NCBI GenBank assembly: GCA_043228905.1
Contig: JBHGNT010000003.1
Location: 12,586,001-12,650,000, forward strand
Direction: 5' to 3'
Length of the DNA stretch: 64,000 bases
Source of the DNA: Azolla caroliniana
Taxonomy: Eukaryota; Plantae; Polypodiophyta
Position numbers and translations under genes: made by a program. Shown here in pieces: positions 10,601-22,200 of this stretch; within the stretch, counting starts at the first letter, position 1; each line of letters opens with the position of its first letter. The notes beneath the pieces are model-generated. The model searched no databases and was not told where the DNA came from. It saw only the letters and a list, made by a program, of their open reading frames with translations.

Positions 10601-11236
10601 CCTGAACTCCCAAAAAACCCAGCTGCTGAAGATCGGCTCACTCGACTCCAAGAAGTTCAGGATATGCTTTTGCATCATTTATGTGAAGCCCAAAACACTC
10701 AAAAGAAGATTGCTGACCGTCATCGGCGTGATTCATCGACTACATTTCAAGTAGGCGATCGTGTATGGCTCTTACAAGGTAGCATTAAAACGACCCGACC
10801 TTGCTACAAATTGGATTATCAACGTTTTGGCCCATATGTCATAAGTGGTAAGATCAATGATGTGACATTTCGTCTTGATCTTCCTCCTCATATGCGTCTT
10901 CACCCGGTCTTCCATGTTTCACTTTTGGAGCCTTACACAACGAGCTCTATTCCGGGTCGTGTTACACCTCCCCCACCTCCAATTGACGTTTCCAATGGCT
11001 CTGAATATGAGGTTGCCGCTATCCTCGACTCCAAGATCATTCGCAACAAACTATACTACTTGGTTGATTGGTTAGGCTATACACCTAATGATCGAACATG
11101 GGAGCCTGCCGAACATCTTGCCAATGCCTCCGACATGGTTGTTGCATTTCACAACCAATATCCTCATAAACCAAGTCTGAACTCTTTTCTTCCGACTCGT
11201 GCAACTCGTCATCGAAAAGGGGGGATAATGTCATGA
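7568..11236 (+). CDS. pol: Pol (protease, RT, RNase H, integrase, chromodomain), probably made by -1 frameshift
   Basis: LLDSGA, YLDD, EADAS, HHCC, DFIT/SDRG core, GPY, EYEV..YLVDWLGY..TWEP; frame open from 7568; stop lies in the 3' LTR. Confidence 0.95.
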   Translation, partial: CLEPIRGCVKRISPAKIGAIWLDHPSYVESVPSCGSISSNQVSRVFSAQVELSTSTGHRALASALLDSGANSCFMDREFALTQNIILKKLPNPVAVGVIDGRPIASGDIVEESEPIRVVLGNLASVISFNIISSPEHSLVLGLPWFELHNPTIDWRKRTIEEVTVQSKSLEAPTKDLGSPTISTISIHQLREDGRKEDMMVFAVLATPSSSSQELGVQLPKKYIEFSDVFDKVKANRLPEHRPYDCPIDLQPGKEPPWGPIYNLSPTELEVLREYINENLANGFIQHSKSPAGAPIFFVKKKDGTLRMVVDYRGLNKVTVRNRYALPLISSLLERLSEAKYFTKLDLRGAYNLVRIRPGDEWKTAFRTRYGHFEYTVMPFGLTNAPAVFQHMANDIFRDFLDIFIIVYLDDILIYSKTQEEHDIHVRQVLQRLREYGLYAKLEKCSFDQRQVEFLGYIVSSNGISMDPSKVQTILDWQTPQSVRDVQCFLGFANFYRKFIKDYSKIVLPLTQLTHKNRSFVWSIDANSAFEGLKQAFTSAPILIHVDPMRRFILEADASDFALGSVLSQIGDDGELHPVAFHSRKFEAAEINYEIHDKELLAIVDSFQQWRHFLEGSSQQIIVYNDHKNLTYFQSARVLNRRQARWAQFLTRFDFVILYRPGMQQGKADALSRRSYMELQPGEAAFESQKQILLGPDRLRIMAMHTINTPGDSRLLDSIREQIATDAFAQEVLSHIIPNRASSSQTQNPRLDYTQFSWHDGLLFRQTLLYVPDGPSRLKVMQQCHDTPMAGHFGIHKTFELISRRYWWPRLRHFVTDYVRSCDTCCRSKKPRHHPYGLLQPMPIPESPWKSISLDFITDLPPSKGFDSILTVVDRFTKMAHFLPCTKTITSQETADLLMREVFRHHGLPDDIISDRGPQFISKFWRHMFRLLHTSCKLSSGYHPETNGQSERTNQTVEQYLRCFVNYQQDDWVDLLPLAEFAYNNSEHSSTGYSPFFANIGYHPRWTMLEHPELPKNPAAEDRLTRLQEVQDMLLHHLCEAQNTQKKIADRHRRDSSTTFQVGDRVWLLQGSIKTTRPCYKLDYQRFGPYVISGKINDVTFRLDLPPHMRLHPVFHVSLLEPYTTSSIPGRVTPPPPPIDVSNGSEYEVAAILDSKIIRNKLYYLVDWLGYTPNDRTWEPAEHLANASDMVVAFHNQYPHKPSLNSFLPTRATRHRKGGIMS

Positions 11237-11777
11237 AGACATACATCTTGGCTTATCATGACATTCATCTTGGCGAACCAGGAATCGAACCCATAACCTC
11301 TTGGTTTACATATTGTACTTTAACCATTGTAATAACATATGCGAGATGTAATCATAATAATTATATGTTTAGTTATTACGAGATATTTAGAACATTCTAG
11401 ATTATTCTAGAATGTTCTTGAATATTTCATGATTATATTTATTATTATTATTATTCATAAATATCTAAAATATTCTAGAACATTCTAGAATACTCCATAA
11501 GGGCCTATAAATAAGAGTCCATACACTCATCACAACTCATTCGGTTCAACACCAGTCTTTAGCCCTTAGCCTACTCCTTGTAATCTTCTTTCTCATAATA
11601 TAATCGCATTCCCATTTCTTATCTCTCACTTATACTTTTCTCTCTCTCGCACTCTCTCCCTCTTTCACTCTCTTTCTATCACTATCGCTATCTCTACCGC
11701 TCTCGCCATCTCTATCGTTATCGTTATCTCTATCGCCATCGCTCTCTCTCTCTGCTTCCTACTCAAGAGTCACGACA
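11229..11777 (+). repeat. 3' LTR of chromovirus
   Basis: Direct repeat of 5843-6391. Confidence 0.97.
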
Positions 11778-12269
11778 ATGCATATGTTTGTTGCAAAATT
11801 TACAGTTCCAACTCCTATTTCCTGTTTGACTTCTTACGACATTGAGGTAACATGTATCCCAATATTTGGTCTTAATGGGCGGCATTTTCCTTCTTTATTT
11901 TCTACAAATCAATAAAATTGAGATATTGAAGATGGAAAATAATGCACAAAAAGAGGAGCAAGATTATATGAATGCATTAAAGCAAATCGAAGAACTGAAA
12001 ACTTTGAATAGATCAACCTTCAGGGAGGATGAGGATTATACTACTTTAAATGAGCAACTACAGGATACTCAAGAGTATCTTTTATTCATAGAAAGCAAAT
12101 ACAAGAAAATGTTACAATTAAGGACATGTATAAAAACAGAAAATTCAACTCTTTTGGAAGCTAAAAAGGAAGCAAAAATTACCATAACTTAACTAAAGAA
12201 CCTTGATGCTTAACGTAATAACGACATGCATAAAAGCAAAAAATTCAACAAGTTTGGAAGCCAAAAGGG

Positions 12270-12760
12270 AAGTAGAATTTGGTCAAGAAACCCATCTTGA
12301 AGATGTACAGAAAGGGTTCGATGAAGATCTATTTATTCATAGTGCTTTGCTAGATATGTATGTCAAATGTGGATCTATAGTGGAAGTGCAAAATGTTTTC
12401 AACCGAATGTCCAACCGAGATTTGGTATTATGGACAACATTGATTGCATGATATGCTGAGCATGGACCCGTTGAGGATGCACTGAAAAGCTTTGAAAAGA
12501 TACAAGATGAGGGGATACTTATTACTACCAAACACTTTCACCTTTTCTTGTGTCTTAAAGGAATGCTCTCATTGGAGGGTTTGTTGAGTATAGAACTACT
12601 GAGAAAGCATTAGATTCTTTCGATAAAATGCAAGTTGATGGAATCTTTCCGGATGTATATACATTGCCCATGTCCTAAAAGTGTGCGGTTTATTAGGGCC
12701 TACAGATAAAGGACAATCCATGTATATGGAGGCTGTATTGAAAGGGTTCTAGCAAGTGCA
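12270..12760 (+). pseudogene. PLS-class pentatricopeptide repeat gene fragment
   Basis: SALLDMYVKCGS..VFNRMSNRDLVLWTTLIA*YAEHG; stops and frameshifts. Confidence 0.85.
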
Positions 12761-13394
12761 CATTTATTCATACCCATCACATTCAAAAGCAGACAACCAA
12801 AACCATGATATTCCAAAAAATCAGTAGTTGTTAACAAAAATAAATATGCATTGCAAATGATAAAAAATGGGACATCATTAAAAAAGGACCAAGCACTTTT
12901 CCCATGACACGAAATTGAGATCTTCAATGTTTCTGGAAACCAATGTCATTTATAGTAACATGGAAAGTAAATTAGAATGATCAATTTCTGAAATGAATTC
13001 AAATGGGATACAACCACTAAAATCAATAAGCAAAGGATTAGCTAATGCTACAAATTGTGAAAGATTTTGAACACATTGTCTACATGTATACATACATGTT
13101 TGAGTTTCAACACATGGTTCCTATAATATTTTATCTCAACACTTGCAAAGAGGAGAGTTTTATTGCATGACGTCAATTACAATTGTCTACCAATTTGTTA
13201 CTTGTATAGATGCATTATTGTGGAATAGATAGATTGTTGGACACAAGCATACGTAAACTAGATCAACTAAAAATTAAATCTCCCTTGTCATTTGGTATTA
13301 TCATACAACTTGACATTGGAATACAACAAAATGGGAGGTATACTTAATCATAAAAAATAAAAGAAAGAAACATATTCACTAACCTGATTTTATT

Positions 13395-13540
13395 TTCTTC
13401 TTCTTCTTGTTGTTCTTGTTGTTCTTGTTGTTGTTCTTCTTGTGCTTCTTCTTCTTCTTCTTCTTCTTCTAGTGCTTCTTCTTCTTCTTCTTCTTCTGCT
13501 TTTTCTGTTTCTTTTTCTTCTTCTTCTTCTTCTTCTAAGT
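13395..13540. repeat. (CTT)n/(GTT)n microsatellite
   Basis: Visible trinucleotide repeats. Confidence 0.9.
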
Positions 13541-13629
13541 CTATTCTGTCCGTCTTTCTTCCTTCCTTCTATTTTACACTAAAGTTGTTCTTTTCTTTTG
13601 CTTTCTTTAGGGTTTTACTCACATTTTCT

Positions 13630-13792
13630 ATAAATACGTACTATACGTATTTTTTTAAAGGTACGTTAAATACCGTATTAGACGAATGTATATGACATTT
13701 GAATGAACAACTTTGACGTATGGTACATACTATACAAATAAGAAGGTATTATACGTATTGATACGTTAAATACGCGTACGTAAACAACGCTG
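13630..13792 (-). mobile_element. Putative hAT 5' terminus (TIR plus TACGTA subterminal repeats)
   Basis: Minus strand begins CAGCGTTGTTTACGTACGCGTA, abuts copia coding sequence abruptly; partner TIR not in the window. Confidence 0.5.
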
Positions 13793-15334
13793 GTTGATAG
13801 TTGGTCAAGATACAAGGAATATCGGTAGCTTGAAGGAAGCATTAGGCAAGTTGTTTGCCATGAAAGATCTTGGACCGACAAAGCAGATCTTAGGGATGCA
13901 CATAGTTCGAGATAGAACTAAGAAAGTGTTGTGGTTGTCACAAGAGAAATACGTGACTAAGATCCTAGAAAGATTCAACATGTTGGAAGCAAAGCCGGTC
14001 AGCTCTATGTTACCGATTAACTGCAAGTTAATTGCAAAGCAATGCCCAAGAGGGGAGAAAGAAAAGGATGAGATGAGGAAAGTACCATATGCCTCAACTG
14101 TTGGCAGTCTAATGTATGCTATGGTCTGCACGAGACTAGACATAGCTTTTGCTGTGGGAACAGTAAGCCAATACATGAGTAATCCAGGAAGAGAACACAA
14201 GGCAATGGTGAAGTGGATACTCAGGTACTTGAAAGGCCCCTCGAGAGTATGCCTTAGGTATGGTGTCGGGAAACCTATGCTCGAAGGGTTTACCAACTTG
14301 GACATGTTGGGGGATGTAGACTCTAGCTGATCCACATTAGGGTATGTGATGACCTATGCAAGGGGAGTAGTATCGTGGCAGTCACGACCGCAGAAGTCTG
14401 TGGCCTTATCGACCACAGAGGTTGGATGAGAAATTTTCTTAATGAGTTGGGGATGAAGCAAAGAGAGTTCTTGCTTCATTGTGACAACCAGAGTGCCATA
14501 CATCTAGCAAATAATGTTGCGTACCACTCCCGAACCAAGCATATACAAACAAAGGAGATATCATTGGTTATGGGAGAAAGTGGAGGAAGGAGGGTTTACC
14601 CTTGTGAAGATACATACTAATGACAATGGATCCGGCATGCTGACAAAAAACCTACCGATGGACAGAATCAGAGTCTGTCGATAGAGAACGGGAATAAAGG
14701 ACCCCTCCCCACTGGAGTGAAGGGGGAGTTTGTTAGGAATATGTCCCTCCAGTGGGAGGAGCCGACTGCTTGGAAAGAGTCGACAATCGACGACAAAGGA
14801 GCAGCCGACTAGTCGGACCAACTCGACAATCGTCGAATGAGTCGACTAATTAGTTACAAGACTATTATTATTGTTATTAGATAGTAATAATGGCCATGAT
14901 TGTAAATAGACCATTCTATGTATTAGTATAAATACACATAGGGCAAACAGAGGTAGAACGTTGTTGTATGTTTAGGTTGTGAGTTACAAGAAGGCAGTGG
15001 CCTCTGTAACTACGAAAGAAAAGAGAATAGTGTATGAACTGAGTGAAGTGAACATAGAGAGATAGCGAGTGAGGGGTGCCATAGTTGTGTTCATAACAAT
15101 AGACGTAAAGAGCCCTGTGAGGCTGATACACTCCACAGAAAGAGTGTTGTACTCTGATCTCTCCATTGTATCTCCAATATATAGTGAAGTTTTGTTCTTT
15201 GTGGTTTTCTCCCGTTATAGGGTTTCCATGTTAAATCTATGTACACTCTTTTCTTGTGTTTCCGAGTTGTGCATTTCAGCGTATTAGTTTCTTGTTAAAT
15301 AATGATTAGTTTCTCTACACAATGATCAACAACA
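13793..15334 (+). mobile_element. Degenerate copia 3' fragment (RT end, RNase H, PPT, 3' LTR ~14731-15334)
   Basis: MKDLG, YASTVGSLMY, HSRTKHI; GTGAAGGGGGAG then TGTTAGG. Confidence 0.85.
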
Positions 15335-15528
15335 TTCTACTATAAAGTTTGCCTTAGTTGTATTTATTATTTACATACATAGCCCACCATGGGCACATTC
15401 AAACTATTTACATATATGGTCTCCTGATTTCGGTTTCGGTTTTCGATTTCAGCCTCGGTCAAAATACTCATTGATTCCATCCGATTCGGTTCATTCTATT
15501 CCCATCCGGAGGCACCTATTTCCCAACA
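15335..15528 (-). repeat. Partial copia family A-type LTR
   Basis: Ends CCCATCCGGAGG..CCCAACA like the other family A LTRs. Confidence 0.55.
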
Positions 15529-15744
15529 GAACATATAGACCAAAACTCCAAACTCTTAATAGAGATTTGAACCCATGACCTCTTCAAGTGTCACCACCTC
15601 GTAGAAGCTAATGCATGATCATTTATTTTTATAACTTTCATTAAATCATTGATGATATATAGGTGTGTGTGTGTGTGTGTGTGTTTGTGTGTGTAATATT
15701 ATGAAATGTCATCACCTCGCACAACCTAACACATGATCACCAAG

Positions 15745-15994
15745 TGTTATACTTGATGAGTATATGGGACCGGCCACAATCGGTTCACAAGCAGAAATGA
15801 GAAAGATAATAACCGAAATAATTGAAAACAAAACAAACAAATACATAGACACAAAGACACGAGATTTTAACGTGGAAACCCTGAATGGGAAAAAACCACA
15901 AGAGCCCACAGACTCCAAACTAAATCACTATGTACATCAGTTTACATGAGACTGAAAGGCAACAACCTCGAGCTCGTCTTCGTTTTACAGATGG

Positions 15995-16079
<85 letters not shown>

Positions 16080-16589
16080 GATACTTAGCACACAATTATT
16101 ACAACTCTGATGATCACATCACACTATGCTAGCCCTAGGTGTATTTATACTAATACACAAGTATGGCTATTTACAAATATAGCCTCTAATCGGCTACAAC
16201 CTATTCGACTCTTCGCCAGCTTGCCGGCCAACTTGCTCTTAGTCGATCGGCTCCTGGCTGATCCGGCTCTTCAACTCTTTCCATCCGGAGGAACCAATTT
16301 CCCTAACAAATTCCCCCTTCACTCTGGCATGTGGTAATTTAGCAGGCCTACTCTCTGTCGGCATGCGATCAGCTTATCCATTGACAACACCTTTGTCAGC
16401 ATGTTTGATCCATTGTCATCTGTGTGGATCTTCACCAAGGTAAACTCCCTTTCTTCTACCCTCTCTCTAAGGCAATGATATCTCCACTGGATATGTTTAA
16501 TTCTTGAGTGGTAGGCGGCATTCTTTGCAAGGTGGATGCCACTTTGATTGTCATTATGTAGTTGAAATTGTTCCTACCTCATTCCCAAC
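15745..16589 (-). mobile_element. Copia 3' fragment (RNase H end, PPT 16311-16321, 3' LTR to 16308)
   Basis: Minus strand YHSRIKHIQ..; LTR motif ACGTGGAAACCC; left boundary approximate. Confidence 0.75.
15997..16074. repeat. (CA)n microsatellite inside LTR
   Basis: Long uninterrupted CA run. Confidence 0.95.
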
Positions 16590-17523
16590 TGTAAATAATT
16601 ACCTAGAGTAATGATGTTAAGCAGAGTATATTAGATGTGTCTTTGTGTGTGTGTGTGTGTGTGTGTGTGAAGAGACACAAGATAGATAGAAGATTGATAT
16701 AAGGTAAAAGACTCAAATGTATATTAACAAGGAATAAGAAAAAAAAACTAGTAACAACCAAGTACAAAGGAAGCAGGGAGGTGCTTTATATAAAGTTACC
16801 CTCTCTCTACATTCTCTCACTAACACTCACTCTCTCTAGAAACTATAGAAGTTCATGTGTCATGGGGAATGTGGAAACTCATTAGTTGTGTCATAGAATA
16901 TGATTCTATGATACCTCTTTAATGTTGAGAAGGTAGTGGTGACCTTTGACCTTTGAGTATACACACATTCTCAAAAGATGTGTTCACACATTAGACTAGG
17001 TTGAGTTTGATTCACAACACACCCCTTCAAGCTCAACCATGTCATGACTGAGTTAGCTGGCAGGTCGGCTATCACTCCCCTTTAAGCTCGGCACGTCGTA
17101 GGTTGAAAGACCAAGCTCAGTCGAAAATAGACGAAGCTTGTCGGTCCCCAAAGCCTTCGTGAAGATGTCGGCTATCTAAAGATTGGTGGTGATGTGTTGA
17201 AGGTCGACATCCCCTGCAAGGAAACGTTCTTGGATGAAGTGGTAGTGCACCTCAATATGCTTTGTTTGAGCACAGAAGACGGGGGTTCAAGCAAGATGGA
17301 TATTGCTGAGCTTGTCGCAATAGAGCAAGATTGGATCGTTGATGGAGACATCAAGATCCTTAAGTATCCTCTTGAGCCATAGGGCTTCACATGTAGCTAT
17401 AGTCGTGCCCTTGTATTCGGCTTCTGTGCTTGACAATGCAACGGTCGCCTCCTCTACCGATTGAAAATACGAAGCCCGAAGTCCATCATCAATCAGCTTT
17501 GTAGCCGGCCCAGTCGGTATCTG
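16590..17523 (-). mobile_element. Copia 3' fragment: LTR 16590-17019, PPT, RNase H remnant
   Basis: LTR related to solo LTR 53355-53753; STEAEY and TKHIEVHYHFI motifs. Confidence 0.8.
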
Positions 17524-18682
17524 TGTTGGATCTATGTATCAACGGAGTTAAACCCTCCTCGATGTCATTGGTGGAGCTCGGACCGGCGTATACCCTTTTG
17601 ATGGCCAATCGGGGGGTGGAGATGGTTGTCAGACACCTCCGAGCCTCACCTTCACTTAACGATTAATTGATTAATAAGCACAATATCTCTCTCACTCTCT
17701 CTCATAGACAATAGGAGTAATGAATATGTTTATTAAACCTCTTTGCTAAGAGGTCTAGCACCAACAAAGAAGAGAGATTAGTGTGCTCTAACTAAACACT
17801 TCATTACTCTCTCTTAAGATTAAGAGATACAAGGAGGAGAGGAAGCTTTAACTCTTAATCGATAGGGAGAACTTTACTAAAATGGAAGCACCACTACAAA
17901 GCCACCACAACTGTGGTTTATATAGTATTTTCATTTAGGGTTTGCCTCTTTCACACTTAGTTACCAATTAACTCCTTTTTCTCTTGCCATTTCTTCTTCA
18001 TAGTTTCTTTAGCCGTACTACTTCTTTGTTGATGCACTCTTTTTCGTGACTAATCATGGTGCAATCCAAACACTTAACATCCCCCCCAACCTAATGAGTG
18101 CACACTCCCGGGTGCACTATGGGAGGTGAGCTTGGGGCGTCGGGGGCGAGAAGGATGGAGTATGTTGGTTCGTTAGGGGGTGGTTGGTGGCGAAGATGGT
18201 GGCGAAGACGACAGATGTTGAGGGGAGGTAAGCGAATATCTTGCATTTGAGCAGTCGTCTTGAAGAAATCCTTATTGAGACGGGCGAGCCACGTTGATGT
18301 GTTGTAGCTGGTGAAGGAAGAGGGGGGGGTTCCTACCAAAACTAATGTAAGCAGGAAAGAAACGTGTGACAATCATCGTTTCAAAATCCCATTTATAGAT
18401 GGCGGGGAGAATGTTGACACGGGTCTAGAGGCCAACCAGTTGACGATGTGTTGGGCCTTTATTCAAATCGAAGGTGAGATCCTACGATGGGCGGCAACAC
18501 TGCTTGAACTCGGGGGTCTCGTAAGGAGGGGATTCGAGGAGAATTAACAACAATTGCAAAAAATGAATACTGGCTTGGATGGTTGGGTTAGGGACATCTG
18601 GGTATGTACGTAGGAAACGCCGCATGCCACATATCATCCCAGCTTCTGTCGGAGAGGTTGTAAGGGGCCGTGGGAACACGAG

Positions 18683-19159
18683 CTAGTTGAATTGTAGGGT
18701 AGGTAAACGTTCTTGAGCTGCCCGAAATTCATGCCACAACCAACGTTGTGGCAGTAGAAACAAAAAGGGTTTGTTCGCAATTCTAGAGGATGAAGGGCAA
18801 AGCACTCGCGGAATGACGGTTACTCGAACCACGGGAGAGTTGGATCCTTGGTGGCTCAAGTAGCGGGGCAACAACCGGTTGGTGCCAGCCTCGAGTTGAT
18901 GGGGGGTTGGCATTTGCCCAACTGGACATCTTATTTCGGTAAAGATGCAGATAGACGAAGATATTGGTTTGGGGTTCGGTGGCGACTTCAGGGTAGTAGG
19001 TTTAGAAGCGTGTAAGTAGGAGGGAAGGTCACATAAATCAAACTCCCAAGGGATGGGCGCTGCAGATAGGCTATCGAGGCGGGTGTCCCAACCCTCACCG
19101 TGTTCGATGTAGTCTAGAGTGGCTTGGAGGCCATGGGTGAGTTGGTAGTGGTCTACCAA
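18683..19159 (-). CDS. Unknown ORF fragment in the gypsy 3' region
   Basis: 158 aa, element sense strand, no motif recognised. Confidence 0.3.
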   Translation of the reverse strand: MVDHYQLTHGLQATLDYIEHGEGWDTRLDSLSAAPIPWEFDLCDLPSYLHASKPTTLKSPPNPKPISSSICIFTEIRCPVGQMPTPHQLEAGTNRLLPRYLSHQGSNSPVVRVTVIPRVLCPSSSRIANKPFLFLLPQRWLWHEFRAAQERLPTLQFN

Positions 19160-19218
19160 GCCGGCATAGAATGTTGCAGTGTTGAATCGGGAACTCGTTT
19201 CATGGAGCAGTGGGGGGG

Positions 19219-22200
19219 TGTTGAGCGAGCAAGCTCAACCGGATCCGGATCGGCTGAAGAAGCTTGAGCCGGATCGGCATTCAGAAGGATGAGCCGGATC
19301 GGGGAGACGGATCAGAGAGCCAGATTCAAGCGGGAACCGGAAGCCTAGTAGTAGCCTGGACTACTAGGTAATCATTGTCTCATAGTTAATGTCTGTCGCA
19401 CGTAGGAATATTGAAGTACCCGTTAATACTTTTGTCAGTCCTTTATGGACTTGTATAAATAGTGTTGTTTAGCACATTGTATGTACAGAGTTGTAGAGTT
19501 ATTTTGAAAACGTTTACATTCTGCTCTCTTTGTCTCTCCTATGTATACTCTCTTTATGTATTAAGCTTCTCCATTAAACCTCTTATTCTTTGTTGCTGTC
19601 CGGTTGAGCCGGTTCTGTCTAACGCTTCCACACGTTTACATTTACATGGTATCAGAGTGCCAGGGTTGAGAACCTCTGCAGCCGACACTTGCTTCCGTAG
19701 AAGAACCCTAGAACTTAGTAACAATAGATAGAGAGAAGATATGGACAGAGGAATGGCAAGTTCACTTCCAATAGAGAAGCTCGACCAGAGCAACTACGCG
19801 TCCTGGTCATATAAAATGCACCAGTACCTACTGCGGCATGGATATTGGAGCTTCGTGGAAGGAACAAATGAAGTAGCACCGGAGCCGTCACACAAGGACT
19901 TCTTAGTATGGGAGCAAGGAGCGAGCCGAGTATTGTACTACCTCACGTCCTGTGTGCACGATCAGATGCTCGGCTACATCAAGGATGCAAAGATACTGAA
20001 GGAGGCCTAGGGAAATCTTAGGAAGATTTTCGCAGCGAGTACCACAACCCGTAAGTTGTAGCTCCGGCAAGAGCTGAACAACATCATGCAAAGAGACATG
20101 TCAGTTACGGATTACACCACCAAGATAAAGGAGATTTGCAACGTAGTCGGGTCCATCAATGTGACGGTGGACGAAGACAAGATGGTACAAATCTGCCTCG
20201 GTGGTCTAGCGCAAAGGTACGGGCCAATCCGGACAACGATCTGCACTCGGGAGAAACCATCGTCTTTCTTCGACTTGCAATCGATGCTGATGGTCGAAGA
20301 AAACCACACGAGTGGGTCAAGGACCACTCAATCGGACGACCGGATGCTGTACACGGAGATAGATCAGCCCCATGGACGTGGTGGACGAGGTGGTTCGGCA
20401 CGCAATGGAGGCGGCCGACAAGAGTAGAACTGAAGGCACAAAGATGGTGCCGACAGCAATTCCGGACCCTCCACAAGCAAGGGGAGTCAAAGTGGCGCCG
20501 GAAGCTGGCAAGGAAAAACCGACATGGAATGCTGGTACTGTGGCAAAAAGGGCTAGAGGGAAAGCGAGTGCTGGAAGAAGCACGTCGATTCGGACAAATC
20601 TGGATCCGGCAAGGCCGGCGGGGAAAACCGGCAAAGCTCGCACTACGCAGAAGGATCGGAAGGATCCAGAACCGGGAATACCGATAAAGGGCCAGTCTTC
20701 ATGATGACGCACAAGGCTAACTCGATGAAGAAGAATACTTCCAAATCGGAGGAAGTATGGTATGTTGATTTCAGAGCGTCCAACCACATGATGAGCCATG
20801 AAGAATGGTTCTCCTTTTTGGAAAAATCGGAACAACCGGGGATTGTCGAAACCTGAGACGACACCCCTCACCCTATTGGGCATGTTGGAGAAGTCCCTTT
20901 AAGCCATGTCGGACAAAAGGGGAAGCTGATGAACGTACTACACGTTTCGACAATCACAAAGAACCTGGTATCGGTCGGACAAATTGTCGACCAGGGGATG
21001 CAGGTGCGGTTTACGCACCTCGAGTGCTTCATCAAGGAAGAAGGCCGGATAATCGCGCAAGGGCGCAGAGACGGGAGGATGTTCATCCTCAACACCAATG
21101 ACGTTGGCACCGCTATGTTTGCGAAAGGGCAGAAGGTCGAATCGAACATTGACCTGTAGCACAAGCGGATCAACCACGTCAATTATCGAAGGCTTCAATA
21201 CCTGCAATCGAAACAAGTCGTTTTCGGTTGCCGAAATTTAGCGGCCGGAAAGCCGAAATTTGTGAAGCATGCCAACTTGGAAAGTAACACCGGATTCCAT
21301 TCCCCACCGAACGAAACCGGATCCGTAACAAGCTTGATCTAATACATTTGGATGTATGGGGACCAACACAAAACGTTAGTCTTGGCGGGAGTCGATACTT
21401 CCTTTCCTTCATCGACGACTACATCCGACACACATGGATCTACCTCATTGAGAGGAAGAGCGAAGTCTTCAAATGTTTCCGAAACCTTCAAAGTTTAGTT
21501 GAATGGGAAATAGAGAGGAAGATCAAGTGCATGCGGTTAGATGGCGGAAAAGAATACTTTTCTAATTCAGCAGTTATCTGCAGCAGAACGGAATTCGGAG
21601 AGAATTCAGCTGCAGATACAAACCGGAGCAAAAAGGTGTGACCGAAAGGAAGAATCGGTTGATTGTCGATGCGGCAAGGGCAATGCTGGAGGAGAAGAGC
21701 ATGCCCCATTTCTACTGGGCTGAGGCGGTCTGGACGACCGTCTACATCCAAAACCGGATCGGTGACAAGGTGTCAGCACATGAGCTGTATTTCGGGCAAA
21801 AGTCGAATTTGAGACACCTTTGGATATTCGGTAGCATAGCATATGTGCATGTACCGGATGAGAAGCGGAGGAAGCTGGATCTGAAGTCGGAGAAGTGCAT
21901 CCTAGTCGGCTACTCGCATGAGCAAAAGGGGTATAAGTGCTATAACCCCTGGACTAAGCAGGTGCGAGTAAGCTGAGATGTCGAGTTTGATGAGACGGCA
22001 TCATGGTACTCCTTACCGATTCCAACTCCCGACGACGACCCAATTCCGGAAGATGAGGCTAGTAAGCCCGAGTAGGTCCAGATAGAAGATGACGATCTTG
22101 AGACTCTAGAAGAGAGTCCAATCTCATTCCGACTAAGTGGACCAAATGAGCGGCTGAGTCGGGATGACCAGTCGGATGAGGAACTGGCGAGTAGTGGAGA

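Larger units (their letters stand above)
5843..11777 (+). mobile_element. Intact Ty3/gypsy chromovirus (Tcn1-like)
   Basis: 549 bp LTRs, TSD ATGCA (5838-5842 and 11778-11782), intact gag and pol, PPT AAAAGGGGGGA before the 3' LTR. Confidence 0.97.
4849..11885 (-). pseudogene. Internally deleted, spliced hAT transposase (BED finger + hAT dimerisation domain + acidic tail), split by the chromovirus insertion
   Basis: ATG 11885 MPPIKTKYW..WNCKFCNKHM joins across the insertion to HGSATQMIAHL..HGVTKC; CSSGAAERNW..KNRNRL..LERLVYVRENL at ~5380-5500; GT-AG introns 5565-5627 and 5266-5336 keep the frame; TAG at 5628-5630. Confidence 0.8.

Noticed and set aside
10008-10754. 248 aa overlapping ORF in chromovirus integrase
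   Set aside because: Alternate frame without motifs, and fragmented in the second copy
12203-12760. Functional PPR gene
   Set aside because: Only a few motifs, with in-frame stops and frameshifts
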